NCBI GenBank assembly: GCA_030524245.1
Contig: JAUNGW010000001.1
Location: 1 to 56,907, forward strand
DNA: 56,907 nucleotides
Reading direction: 5' to 3'
Source: Eubacteriales bacterium
Lineage (GTDB): Bacteria; Bacillota; Clostridia; Lachnospirales; Lachnospiraceae
Shown here: positions 8,968 to 16,629 of the stretch, in pieces
Position numbering within the stretch: position 1 is the first letter of the stretch
How the letters are laid out: the number at the start of each line of letters is the position of its first letter
Made by a program: the position numbers and the translations under genes
Notes under the pieces: model-generated
What the model saw: only the letters and a program-made list of their open reading frames with translations
Told to the model about the DNA's origin: nothing
The model's database searches: none

Positions 8968-10461
8968 TTATTTTCCTCCCGCCTTCCGGCTTCTGAGCAA
9001 TTTTCCAATCAGCGGGCCAACTACGCTCCAGAGCGCAATCAGAAGTAAAATCAATGAAATCGGTCTGGTAACAAACGAAGTAATATCTCCCTTTGCGTAA
9101 GAGCAGCCCATACGGAAATAGCTCTCAATCTTGCTTCCAAGAATAAACGCCAGCATCAGCGGCGTTCCCGGCATCTTAAAGAACTCCATCAGAATTCCAA
9201 TCGCCCCGAATACCAGCACAAGATATACGCTGAACATGGAGGTGGATGCGGAATAAGCGCCTAAAAAGCATATCATCAGAATCGCACTGTACAGATAATG
9301 GTACGGCGCCTTCAGAAGCATTGGGAACCACCGTTTGGTAAACAGCTCGGTAATAAAAATCAGGATGGCAGACACCAGTACTGCTGCAAAAATCAGGTTT
9401 GCCAGATCCGGATTATTCTTAATAAACATAGGGCCGGCCTGCAGTCCATGAATCGTCATTGCTGACATCAGAAGCACTGTGGTCGCGTCTCCCGGGATTC
9501 CCAGCGCAATCATGGGGATAATCGCCCCGCCCACGCCGGCATTGTTGGATACCTCCGTTGCCCACACACCAGCATCCACACCAGTTCCAAATTCCTCCGG
9601 ATGCTTACTCATGGACTTTGCCTGCCCGTAGGCGATCAAATTGGCGATACCTGAGCCCATGCCGGGCAGGAATCCGATTCCCAGTCCGATTCCAAGAGAT
9701 ACGACAATAGTTTTCATATTGTCGGTGATATCCTTTAAGGTAAGTCCAAATCCCTTCAGGGAACCGGCCTCTACCTCCGGCATCTCAAGATTTCCTTTTG
9801 CATAGCTGGTCGCCACCTGCTGCAAAGCGAAGGTTCCCATCAAAAGACAGATTACATTGATGCCTCCGTACAGATTTGTATTTCCAAAGGTGAACCGCAG
9901 CTGATTCGTAACCATGTCCGCGCCCACTGTGGAAAGCCACAGTCCGAAGAAAGCAGCCAGCAAACCTTTAAATATGGAACCGTTGCTTAAGCCCACCACC
10001 ATAGTGATTGCCATCAGACACAGGCTGAAATACTCCCACGGCCCCAGCATCAAAGCAACGTCCGCAATGTAGGTGGAGCACAGGGTCGCCACAAGAATGG
10101 AAACCATAGTTCCGATAAAAGAGCCCGTAATGCCGATAGTCAGCGCCTTGGCCGCCTTTCCCTTTTTCGTCATGGGATAACCATCATAGCAGGTTCCTAT
10201 GGAAGCTGCGGAGCCGGGAATTCCTACCAGCACTGCCGCGATAAAGGAACCGGATACCCCGCCGACATACATGCCAATCAGCATTGCAAAGCTTAAATCT
10301 GTGCTGAGCGCAAAGGTCATAGGAAGAATCAGGGTGATTCCCAGTCCGCCGGAAAGGCCGGGGATAGCTCCCAGAACACAGCCTACCAGCGAGCAGAGAT
10401 ACAGCATAATAAAGTTCATCGGCTCAAATAATGTGCCTAATGCAGATATATAGCTTGCCAT
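8968..10461 (-). CDS. tctA: TctA permease (system 2)
   Basis: GAIPGLSG, GIPGS...YDGYPM, ATEVSNNA and LGIPGD motifs. Confidence 0.93.
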   Translation of the reverse strand: MASYISALGTLFEPMNFIMLYLCSLVGCVLGAIPGLSGGLGITLILPMTFALSTDLSFAMLIGMYVGGVSGSFIAAVLVGIPGSAASIGTCYDGYPMTKKGKAAKALTIGITGSFIGTMVSILVATLCSTYIADVALMLGPWEYFSLCLMAITMVVGLSNGSIFKGLLAAFFGLWLSTVGADMVTNQLRFTFGNTNLYGGINVICLLMGTFALQQVATSYAKGNLEMPEVEAGSLKGFGLTLKDITDNMKTIVVSLGIGLGIGFLPGMGSGIANLIAYGQAKSMSKHPEEFGTGVDAGVWATEVSNNAGVGGAIIPMIALGIPGDATTVLLMSAMTIHGLQAGPMFIKNNPDLANLIFAAVLVSAILIFITELFTKRWFPMLLKAPYHYLYSAILMICFLGAYSASTSMFSVYLVLVFGAIGILMEFFKMPGTPLMLAFILGSKIESYFRMGCSYAKGDITSFVTRPISLILLLIALWSVVGPLIGKLLRSRKAGGK

Positions 10462-10476
10462 TTTCCTTCCCTCCCG

Positions 10477-10980
10477 CTACAGCATTTTGACGCCAAGCGC
10501 CGTCCACAGCGCCCCCTTCGGCAGAGGAATATGGAATCCTCTGGTGAATCCGAAATAGCATACGCTTCCTAAAGCCACACTCAGCACAACGGCAAATATC
10601 AGATTGATTTTCTTTTCTGCCCTAAGCGTCATGATGAATACCATCATGCCTGCCATGGATGTAATCCAGAAGCCGATATAATTCATCGCAATGCAGAACA
10701 CCAGGCATTCCGCCATAATCAGGACAAGACGCTTTACTCCTGCCTGATCAAGATACGGAGCGGCTCCCTCTTTGTTTTCAGCCGTCTCCCTTTTTCCGTC
10801 AAACACCATGGAAATCACTGCCATCAGGATCATTCCAAAGGCGGAAATATATGGAAACAGCTTCGGCCCCGGTTCGTTGGAAACCAGACGCTCCGGAATC
10901 ATAGTGGTCTGCCACAGAACCCACAGGGCAAACAGAATGAAGAACACGCCCATGACGTAGGTACGATTTATTTTTTTCAT
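10477..10980 (-). CDS. tctB: TctB small membrane subunit (system 2)
   Basis: EPGPKLFP motif, four TM segments, IPLPKG. Confidence 0.88.
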   Translation of the reverse strand: MKKINRTYVMGVFFILFALWVLWQTTMIPERLVSNEPGPKLFPYISAFGMILMAVISMVFDGKRETAENKEGAAPYLDQAGVKRLVLIMAECLVFCIAMNYIGFWITSMAGMMVFIMTLRAEKKINLIFAVVLSVALGSVCYFGFTRGFHIPLPKGALWTALGVKML

Positions 10981-11025
10981 CTTGTCTTCCTCTTTTTCTT
11001 TGTCTAAATACGTCTCCGGAAGGAA

Positions 11026-12114
11026 TTACCGCACCTTCAGGCCCATGGAGGTTACCAGCTCATCCTGGAAATCCCATTCAGCATTCAGCGCTTCCTGAGA
11101 GCCAGCTAAATCAATGGCTGCAATATAGGTTGCCATGGAATTGTTTCCATCAATAAAGGACTGAACTTCTGTAGCTTTCCTGATTGCCTCATTGATCGCC
11201 TCGCATACCTCGTCCGGCGTATCCTTTGGAGCCATCACATAATAATTGGAATCCCAGGTATTTTCAAATCCCTGCTCCTGCGTTGTCGCAAACTTGGCAT
11301 CCAGCTCTGCTCCAACAAGCTCTCCCATATTCTTTAATGTAGCCACCTTCGGTCCGATGCTTCCAAGAACCGTCAGCTTTCCGTCTGCGTCATAAGAGAG
11401 CGCATTGGGGATGGAGCAGTTCGCAATATCAATTGCGCCGGAAGCCACATTGGTCAGTTTGTCCGCCTCGGAAGAGCACTGTACATAATTTACCAGACTT
11501 GCATCCCCGGCCACAGCCTCGATCAGTGAAGTAAATAACACCTGCGTCGTTCCTCCCAGAGAGCAGCCTACTACCACCTCACCGGGATTTGCCTTTACAT
11601 ATTCTCCAAGCTCCTTCAGATTGGTATAGGGTGCGCCAGGCTTCGCTATAATCGCCTGCGGACCGCCCTGGTTCAGAATTCCAACTACCCTTAAATCATC
11701 CTTGATATTCACCTCGGAGCTGCCTGCCAGATACTGAATAATTGCCCCGCCATGGCAGGTTCCCAGCGTCAGACCGTCCGGATCCGCATTCTTCACATGC
11801 TCCATTCCCACCTCGCTGGTGTCATAATTTGTCACAATAAAATTCACTCCCGGACAAACCTCTGCCAGCGCCTGAGTCAAATAGCGGGTGTAGAGATCCG
11901 TGCCTCCGCCAGCTTTAGCCGGAACGTCAAAATACACAGTTGACCCCTGAGCCCAAACACTGCCGTCTGCAGCGTTTCCTGCTGCCTCCTGGCTGTTTTC
12001 CGCCTGGCTGCCTGCTGTCGTTGCCGCGGTCTCACTGTCGCTGGAACACCCCGCCAGCACGCCTGCCGCCAAAATTCCTGCCATTACCGCTGCTGTCCAT
12101 CTGCTTTTTCTCAT
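11026..12114 (-). CDS. tctC: TctC/Bug substrate-binding lipoprotein (system 2)
   Basis: Lipobox LAGC, Ala/Ser-rich tether, VPAKAGGGTD motif. Confidence 0.88.
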   Translation of the reverse strand: MRKSRWTAAVMAGILAAGVLAGCSSDSETAATTAGSQAENSQEAAGNAADGSVWAQGSTVYFDVPAKAGGGTDLYTRYLTQALAEVCPGVNFIVTNYDTSEVGMEHVKNADPDGLTLGTCHGGAIIQYLAGSSEVNIKDDLRVVGILNQGGPQAIIAKPGAPYTNLKELGEYVKANPGEVVVGCSLGGTTQVLFTSLIEAVAGDASLVNYVQCSSEADKLTNVASGAIDIANCSIPNALSYDADGKLTVLGSIGPKVATLKNMGELVGAELDAKFATTQEQGFENTWDSNYYVMAPKDTPDEVCEAINEAIRKATEVQSFIDGNNSMATYIAAIDLAGSQEALNAEWDFQDELVTSMGLKVR

Positions 12115-12133
12115 AACTTTCCTTCTCCTTCTT

Positions 12134-12345
12134 ATAGGTTTTTCTAATGCTTTCCATCAATATTATTCACTTGATGTTTCAGCTGCACGCCGCTACACTT
12201 ACTAATAGAAAACATACAAAAACACGTTTATTCCATTTCGGGAAATCAGTATTTTGACCATTTCCCTTCAGGTGAGTTCATTATAAGCATAATATTTGCA
12301 CGAATCAATCGCGAAAAACCTATCATTTGTATTAGAAAAAGCTAT
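12134..12345 (-). promoter_or_regulatory. tctC2 sigma-A promoter with three LTTR boxes
   Basis: Minus strand TTGATT (12308-12303), N17, TATAAT (12285-12280). Boxes TCGCGAAAAACCTAT (12309-12323) and ATTAGAAAAAGCTAT (12331-12345), plus an inverted copy ATTAGAAAAACCTAT (12148-12134). Confidence 0.75.
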
Positions 12346-12383
12346 GAGACTTTTCATTTTTCACTAATAGAACGGAGACCTTC

Positions 12384-13352
12384 ATGAACACGAAACCTTA
12401 TGAATACCTGATTGCTATCGCAGAAAAAGCTAATATCTCAAGGGCAACAGCAACCCTTCATGTGTCACAGCCCACCCTGTCCAATTTTCTTACCGGGACA
12501 GAAAACCAGCTGGGACATAAACTGTTTGAGCGCAGCGGTAAGCTTCTGATTCCCACGGAAGCCGGCTCTATCTATCTGGAAACCTGCCGGAATATATTGG
12601 ATGTAAAAAACAGAACCTATCAGGCTATTACCCATCTGGGAAACAAATGCAGCGAAACTATCCGGGTTGGATTGACGCCGTACCGTGGCAGCCAGGTCTT
12701 CAGCACCATCTATCCCAGCTTCTACCAGAAATTTCCTGACGCAAAGGTAGAACTGTCAGAGGGCTATACCACCGCCATGAAAGCCGGTGTTTTGGACGGC
12801 AGTCTGGATCTGGCCCTTGGAACCCTGATGCCCGGTGAAACCGGAGACTTTGGCTTCTCCACTCAGTCCTCCGAGGAGCTTTTGCTGGCTGTACCCACCC
12901 ACCACCCGCTGGCAGACCGCGGCTCAGAATCCGGCAGCTTCTGCCCTGTTATTGACATCCACGAATTTAACGACACACCGTTTGTTTTCTGGGGTCCTCA
13001 GACCACCAACCGGGTACTTGTAGATGATTTTTTTCAGAGAAATCATATGACGCCTACTATTGTTTATGAAAGCAACAATGCTCTTCTCGTAGACGGCATG
13101 ATGAAAAATGGAATCGGCGCAGGCTTTTTGCCGGCTGCCTTCTGCAAACCAGGATTAAACCGGGTATATTTTTCCGTCCGGCCGTCTTTGCGTACTCTTG
13201 TGGGTATTTTTTACAGAAATGATCACATTCTCACCAGGGCGCAGCGCTATTTCATCTACCTTGTATCGCTTCTGCAGCTGAAAACAGGTACAAACGGTCA
13301 GACATATTTTAATGAAACCGCAAACAGAATCATAGAAGAATTCGAGGATTAG
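12384..13352 (+). CDS. LysR-family regulator (LTTR-4)
   Basis: MNTKPYEYLIAIAEKANISRA...VSQPTLS HTH; substrate domain. Confidence 0.93.
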   Translation: MNTKPYEYLIAIAEKANISRATATLHVSQPTLSNFLTGTENQLGHKLFERSGKLLIPTEAGSIYLETCRNILDVKNRTYQAITHLGNKCSETIRVGLTPYRGSQVFSTIYPSFYQKFPDAKVELSEGYTTAMKAGVLDGSLDLALGTLMPGETGDFGFSTQSSEELLLAVPTHHPLADRGSESGSFCPVIDIHEFNDTPFVFWGPQTTNRVLVDDFFQRNHMTPTIVYESNNALLVDGMMKNGIGAGFLPAAFCKPGLNRVYFSVRPSLRTLVGIFYRNDHILTRAQRYFIYLVSLLQLKTGTNGQTYFNETANRIIEEFED

Positions 13353-13355
13353 CAT

Positions 13356-14189
13356 ATGGATACGAGACAACTGGAATATATTCTGGAAATTGCTGAGGAA
13401 AAAAGTCTTTCCAAGGCAGCCGAAAAGCTTTACATTACTCAGTCCGCCCTGAGTCAACAGCTGGCCAAGCTGAAAAAAGAAGGACTTCCCCCGCTGTTTG
13501 AGCAGAAAAAGCGTGAAATGGAGCTGACGGATGCCGGAAAAATCTACATCAATGGAGCCCGCTCTATTCTCAAGCTGGAAAAGGATGCGCGGGCGGCTCT
13601 TCAAAGCCTTTCTTCATCCTACGTAAGCCGCTTCTGTATTCTGGCCGCTCCCTATCTGCTGCCAGCGCTTTACCTCCATCTTCTGCCGAAGCTGCACCGG
13701 ATGTTTCCTCAGACGGAGCTGTATATTCGCAGGCTGGAATACGGACGCGCTCACCGGGAGCTGGAAAGTGGTGCTGCCGATCTTGTGTTTCTTCCTACGC
13801 AGCAGTCCTCCTACGATATGTTTCGCTCCGCCATTCTGTATGAGGATGAACTGGTCATTGCGACGCTCCCCGGAGCCACGCCGGCGGCTCTTCCCTGGGT
13901 TGTGCCCGGCGCAGGCACGCATCTGCGTAACCTGTGTAACCACGCCATGTTCTCAAACCATATAAACACAGCCATTTACGCCGAAACCGACGATGTGCGG
14001 ATCAGCTGCCTCATGGCTCAGGGCGGAGACTGTGCCGCTGTCCTCCCCCGCAGCTGTGTTACAGATCCCTCCCTTTATATCCACCCGTTCCCATCGCCGT
14101 TTTTTTATCATCTGACAGCAGCATGCCGGAAAAATAATCATTCCCCTGTCGTTGACACAGCGGTCAACGAGCTGAAATCCCTTCTGTGA
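13356..14189 (+). CDS. LysR-family regulator (LTTR-5), short divergent effector domain
   Basis: MDTRQLEYILEIAEEKSLSKAAEKLYITQSALSQ HTH; 277 aa. Confidence 0.9.
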   Translation: MDTRQLEYILEIAEEKSLSKAAEKLYITQSALSQQLAKLKKEGLPPLFEQKKREMELTDAGKIYINGARSILKLEKDARAALQSLSSSYVSRFCILAAPYLLPALYLHLLPKLHRMFPQTELYIRRLEYGRAHRELESGAADLVFLPTQQSSYDMFRSAILYEDELVIATLPGATPAALPWVVPGAGTHLRNLCNHAMFSNHINTAIYAETDDVRISCLMAQGGDCAAVLPRSCVTDPSLYIHPFPSPFFYHLTAACRKNNHSPVVDTAVNELKSLL

Positions 14190-14204
14190 GCAGAAAACCG
14201 CCTC

Positions 14205-14233
14205 TTGCGCCCCCGCCCAATCCGGCTTATACT
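14205..14233 (+). promoter_or_regulatory. Sigma-A promoter of LTTR-6
   Basis: TTGCGC-N17-TATACT. Confidence 0.55.
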
Positions 14234-14270
14234 GATACTACACAAGAAACCACAGGAGCCAGAACGATCT

Positions 14271-15188
14271 ATGGACACGAAACAAATTGAATATATCCTG
14301 AAAATAGCCGAAGAAAACAATATCACCCATGCGGCCCAGAAGCTTCATCTGACCCAGCCGGCTCTGAACCAGCAGCTTCTGAAGCTGGAGCGGGAGCTGG
14401 GGCTGCAGCTTTTTTACCGGATCAAAAACAACTGGCGGCCCACCCCCGCCGGAGAGCTTTATCTGGAAAACGCAAGAAAGATGCTTCAGATTAAGCAGGA
14501 CACCTACCGGATGCTGGCGGACATGGCCGACGCCCAGCGGGGAACCCTCTCCGTAGCCTTCACTCCCGGACGCGGCAGCGCCATGTTCTCTGCCGTATAT
14601 CCCCTGTTCCATCAGAAATACCCGGAAATGACCGTGGAACCCAGGGAGCTTTCCGTCCGCAGACAGCAGACACTGATCGCTGAAGGCGAGCTGGATATCG
14701 GCTTTCAGACACTCTGTGATGAGCAGCGGACAGGAGACGCCTATCTCCCCATAGCCACGGAGGAGATTTTCCTGGTGCTTCCCGAAAAGCACCCCTTAAG
14801 CCAGACAGCTGCCGCTGCCAGAAGCGCCGGCCAGGACAGGCCCGAGCTTCCCGTTTCCGCGGTACGCTACGAGCCCTTCGTGCTGATGTACAAAGAGTCC
14901 ACCATCCGCCAGATGATAGACTCTATCTTTGATGAGGCCGGATTCCAGCCCAATGTTCTGTTTGAAACCGCCAGCAATGCCACGATCCTCTCCATGATCC
15001 GGAACAATATTTGCTGCGGTCTTGTTCCCGCCTGTTATCTGAAGGATCTGCCGGAGGGCGCGGCCTGCTTTTCCCTGCCCTCTCATCCCACCTGGGATCT
15101 GGTGGCATCCTACCGTAAGGGCATGTATCTGTCAAAGGCCGCCAGGTACTTTTTCCAGCTGGCCTCCGACTTCTGGACAAAGCCGTAA
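14271..15188 (+). CDS. LysR-family regulator (LTTR-6)
   Basis: MDTKQIEYILKIAEENNITHAAQKLHLTQPALNQ HTH; RBS AGGAG. Confidence 0.93.
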   Translation: MDTKQIEYILKIAEENNITHAAQKLHLTQPALNQQLLKLERELGLQLFYRIKNNWRPTPAGELYLENARKMLQIKQDTYRMLADMADAQRGTLSVAFTPGRGSAMFSAVYPLFHQKYPEMTVEPRELSVRRQQTLIAEGELDIGFQTLCDEQRTGDAYLPIATEEIFLVLPEKHPLSQTAAAARSAGQDRPELPVSAVRYEPFVLMYKESTIRQMIDSIFDEAGFQPNVLFETASNATILSMIRNNICCGLVPACYLKDLPEGAACFSLPSHPTWDLVASYRKGMYLSKAARYFFQLASDFWTKP

Positions 15189-15191
15189 GAC

Positions 15192-16004
15192 CTACAATAC
15201 ATCTGAAAAATGCGGCCGCAGCCGTTTAAACACCTTAAGGCCCACAAAGCCGATCAACGCCGTCACCGCCCAGAAATACAATGTCAGTCTGGGGCGCTCC
15301 CAGAACCAGCTTCCGGTCAGCATACTGTCCCGGTAGCCGGCTGCTATATAGTAAAAGGGATTCAGCTTCAAAAGCGGCGCCAGCCATGGCGCGTCCTTTG
15401 CAAACAGGCTCTCATCGTACATGATCGGGGTGAGCCACATGCCGAACTGAAGACAGATGCTGACAATCTGGGCCATATCCTTAAAAAATATGTTGACCGC
15501 GCAGGTCAGATAGCCGATTCCCAGCGCCAGCATGGCCGCCGCAAAGGAATAATAAAAAATCTGCAGCCAGGTAAACATGGGCGTCCGTCCGTAGCAAAGA
15601 GCCATGACGATCATAATCACCACAAAAAAGCCATGAACCATCAGGCAGGAAAAAAGCTTGATGACAGGCAGGATTTCCACCCGGAACACCACCTTCTTCA
15701 CCAGATAATTATATTCCTGGAGACAGCCGGTAATGGTGTTTAATGCTTCGCTGTAAAAAAACCACGGTACGATTCCCGGCACAAGCCACAGCACATAAGG
15801 CACCCCGGGAACCGGCGGCGTGCTTTTAAATCCCATCTGGAACACGAAAAAATAGATCAGCACCGTCACAACCGGCTGCACAAACATCCAGACCACGCCG
15901 AAATAGGAGCCTACAAACCGTTTTCTGAAGTCGGCCCTGGCCAGATCCCAGATCATCCGTCTTTTTTTCACTATCTCCTTGATCAGAGAGGTATGCTCAT
16001 TCAT
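15192..16004 (-). CDS. ABC-2 polysaccharide export permease (Wzm/TagG/RgpC-like)
   Basis: DFRKRFVGSYFGVVWMFVQP, GIVPWFF, LVKKVVF, LNPFYY and HFSDVL motifs. Confidence 0.9.
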   Translation of the reverse strand: MNEHTSLIKEIVKKRRMIWDLARADFRKRFVGSYFGVVWMFVQPVVTVLIYFFVFQMGFKSTPPVPGVPYVLWLVPGIVPWFFYSEALNTITGCLQEYNYLVKKVVFRVEILPVIKLFSCLMVHGFFVVIMIVMALCYGRTPMFTWLQIFYYSFAAAMLALGIGYLTCAVNIFFKDMAQIVSICLQFGMWLTPIMYDESLFAKDAPWLAPLLKLNPFYYIAAGYRDSMLTGSWFWERPRLTLYFWAVTALIGFVGLKVFKRLRPHFSDVL

Positions 16005-16039
16005 AAATCTGTTTTCTCCTTAGATTGAGCTTTTCCGGC

Positions 16040-16594
16040 CTAAAACCGGAAGGTGTCCTCAAAGCCGCCCCACTTCTGATCCTTTTCAGAAATAATCAGC
16101 TCCATATCCTTTGCGATGGGCCAGTCAATGCCGATCTGCGGATCGTTCCAGGCCAGTCCGCCTTCATCTCCCGGGTGATAGAAATCCGTGCACTTATAGG
16201 CGAACTCCGCCTCATCGGACAGCACCAGAAAACCATGGGCAAAGCCCTCGGGAATATAAAACTGCTTTTTATTCTCCGCCGTCAGCTCCACGCCGAACCA
16301 TTTTCCATAGGTCTCCGAGCCGGCGCGCAGATCCACCGCCACATCGAACACAGCGCCGCGGACCACCCGGACCAGCTTGCCCTGAGGAAACTGCTTCTGA
16401 TAGTGAAGGCCCCGCAGTACGCCGCGGACAGACATGGACTGGTTGTCCTGGACAAACACCATGTCAAGGCCCGCCTCCTTAAAATCATTCTGGTTGTAGG
16501 TCTCCACAAAGTATCCCCGCTCGTCCCGGAATACGGTCGGTTCAATCACATAAAGTCCTTTTATTCCGCATGGTGTCACTGTAATCTTTCCCAT
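16040..16594 (-). CDS. rmlC: dTDP-4-dehydrorhamnose 3,5-epimerase
   Basis: DERGYF, VQDNQSMS.RGVLRGLHYQ, DVAVDLR, GFAHGF and SEKD motifs. Confidence 0.96.
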   Translation of the reverse strand: MGKITVTPCGIKGLYVIEPTVFRDERGYFVETYNQNDFKEAGLDMVFVQDNQSMSVRGVLRGLHYQKQFPQGKLVRVVRGAVFDVAVDLRAGSETYGKWFGVELTAENKKQFYIPEGFAHGFLVLSDEAEFAYKCTDFYHPGDEGGLAWNDPQIGIDWPIAKDMELIISEKDQKWGGFEDTFRF

Positions 16595-16629
16595 ATTTTC
16601 ATCCTCTTTTCTTTCTGTCTGTCCATTTG

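Noticed and set aside
13350-13352. Pyrrolysine recoding of the in-frame TAG, given a PylC-like ATP-grasp gene in the window
   Set aside because: No pylS, pylT, pylB or pylD visible; the ATP-grasp gene is in a glycan operon; TAG is used as an ordinary stop elsewhere.
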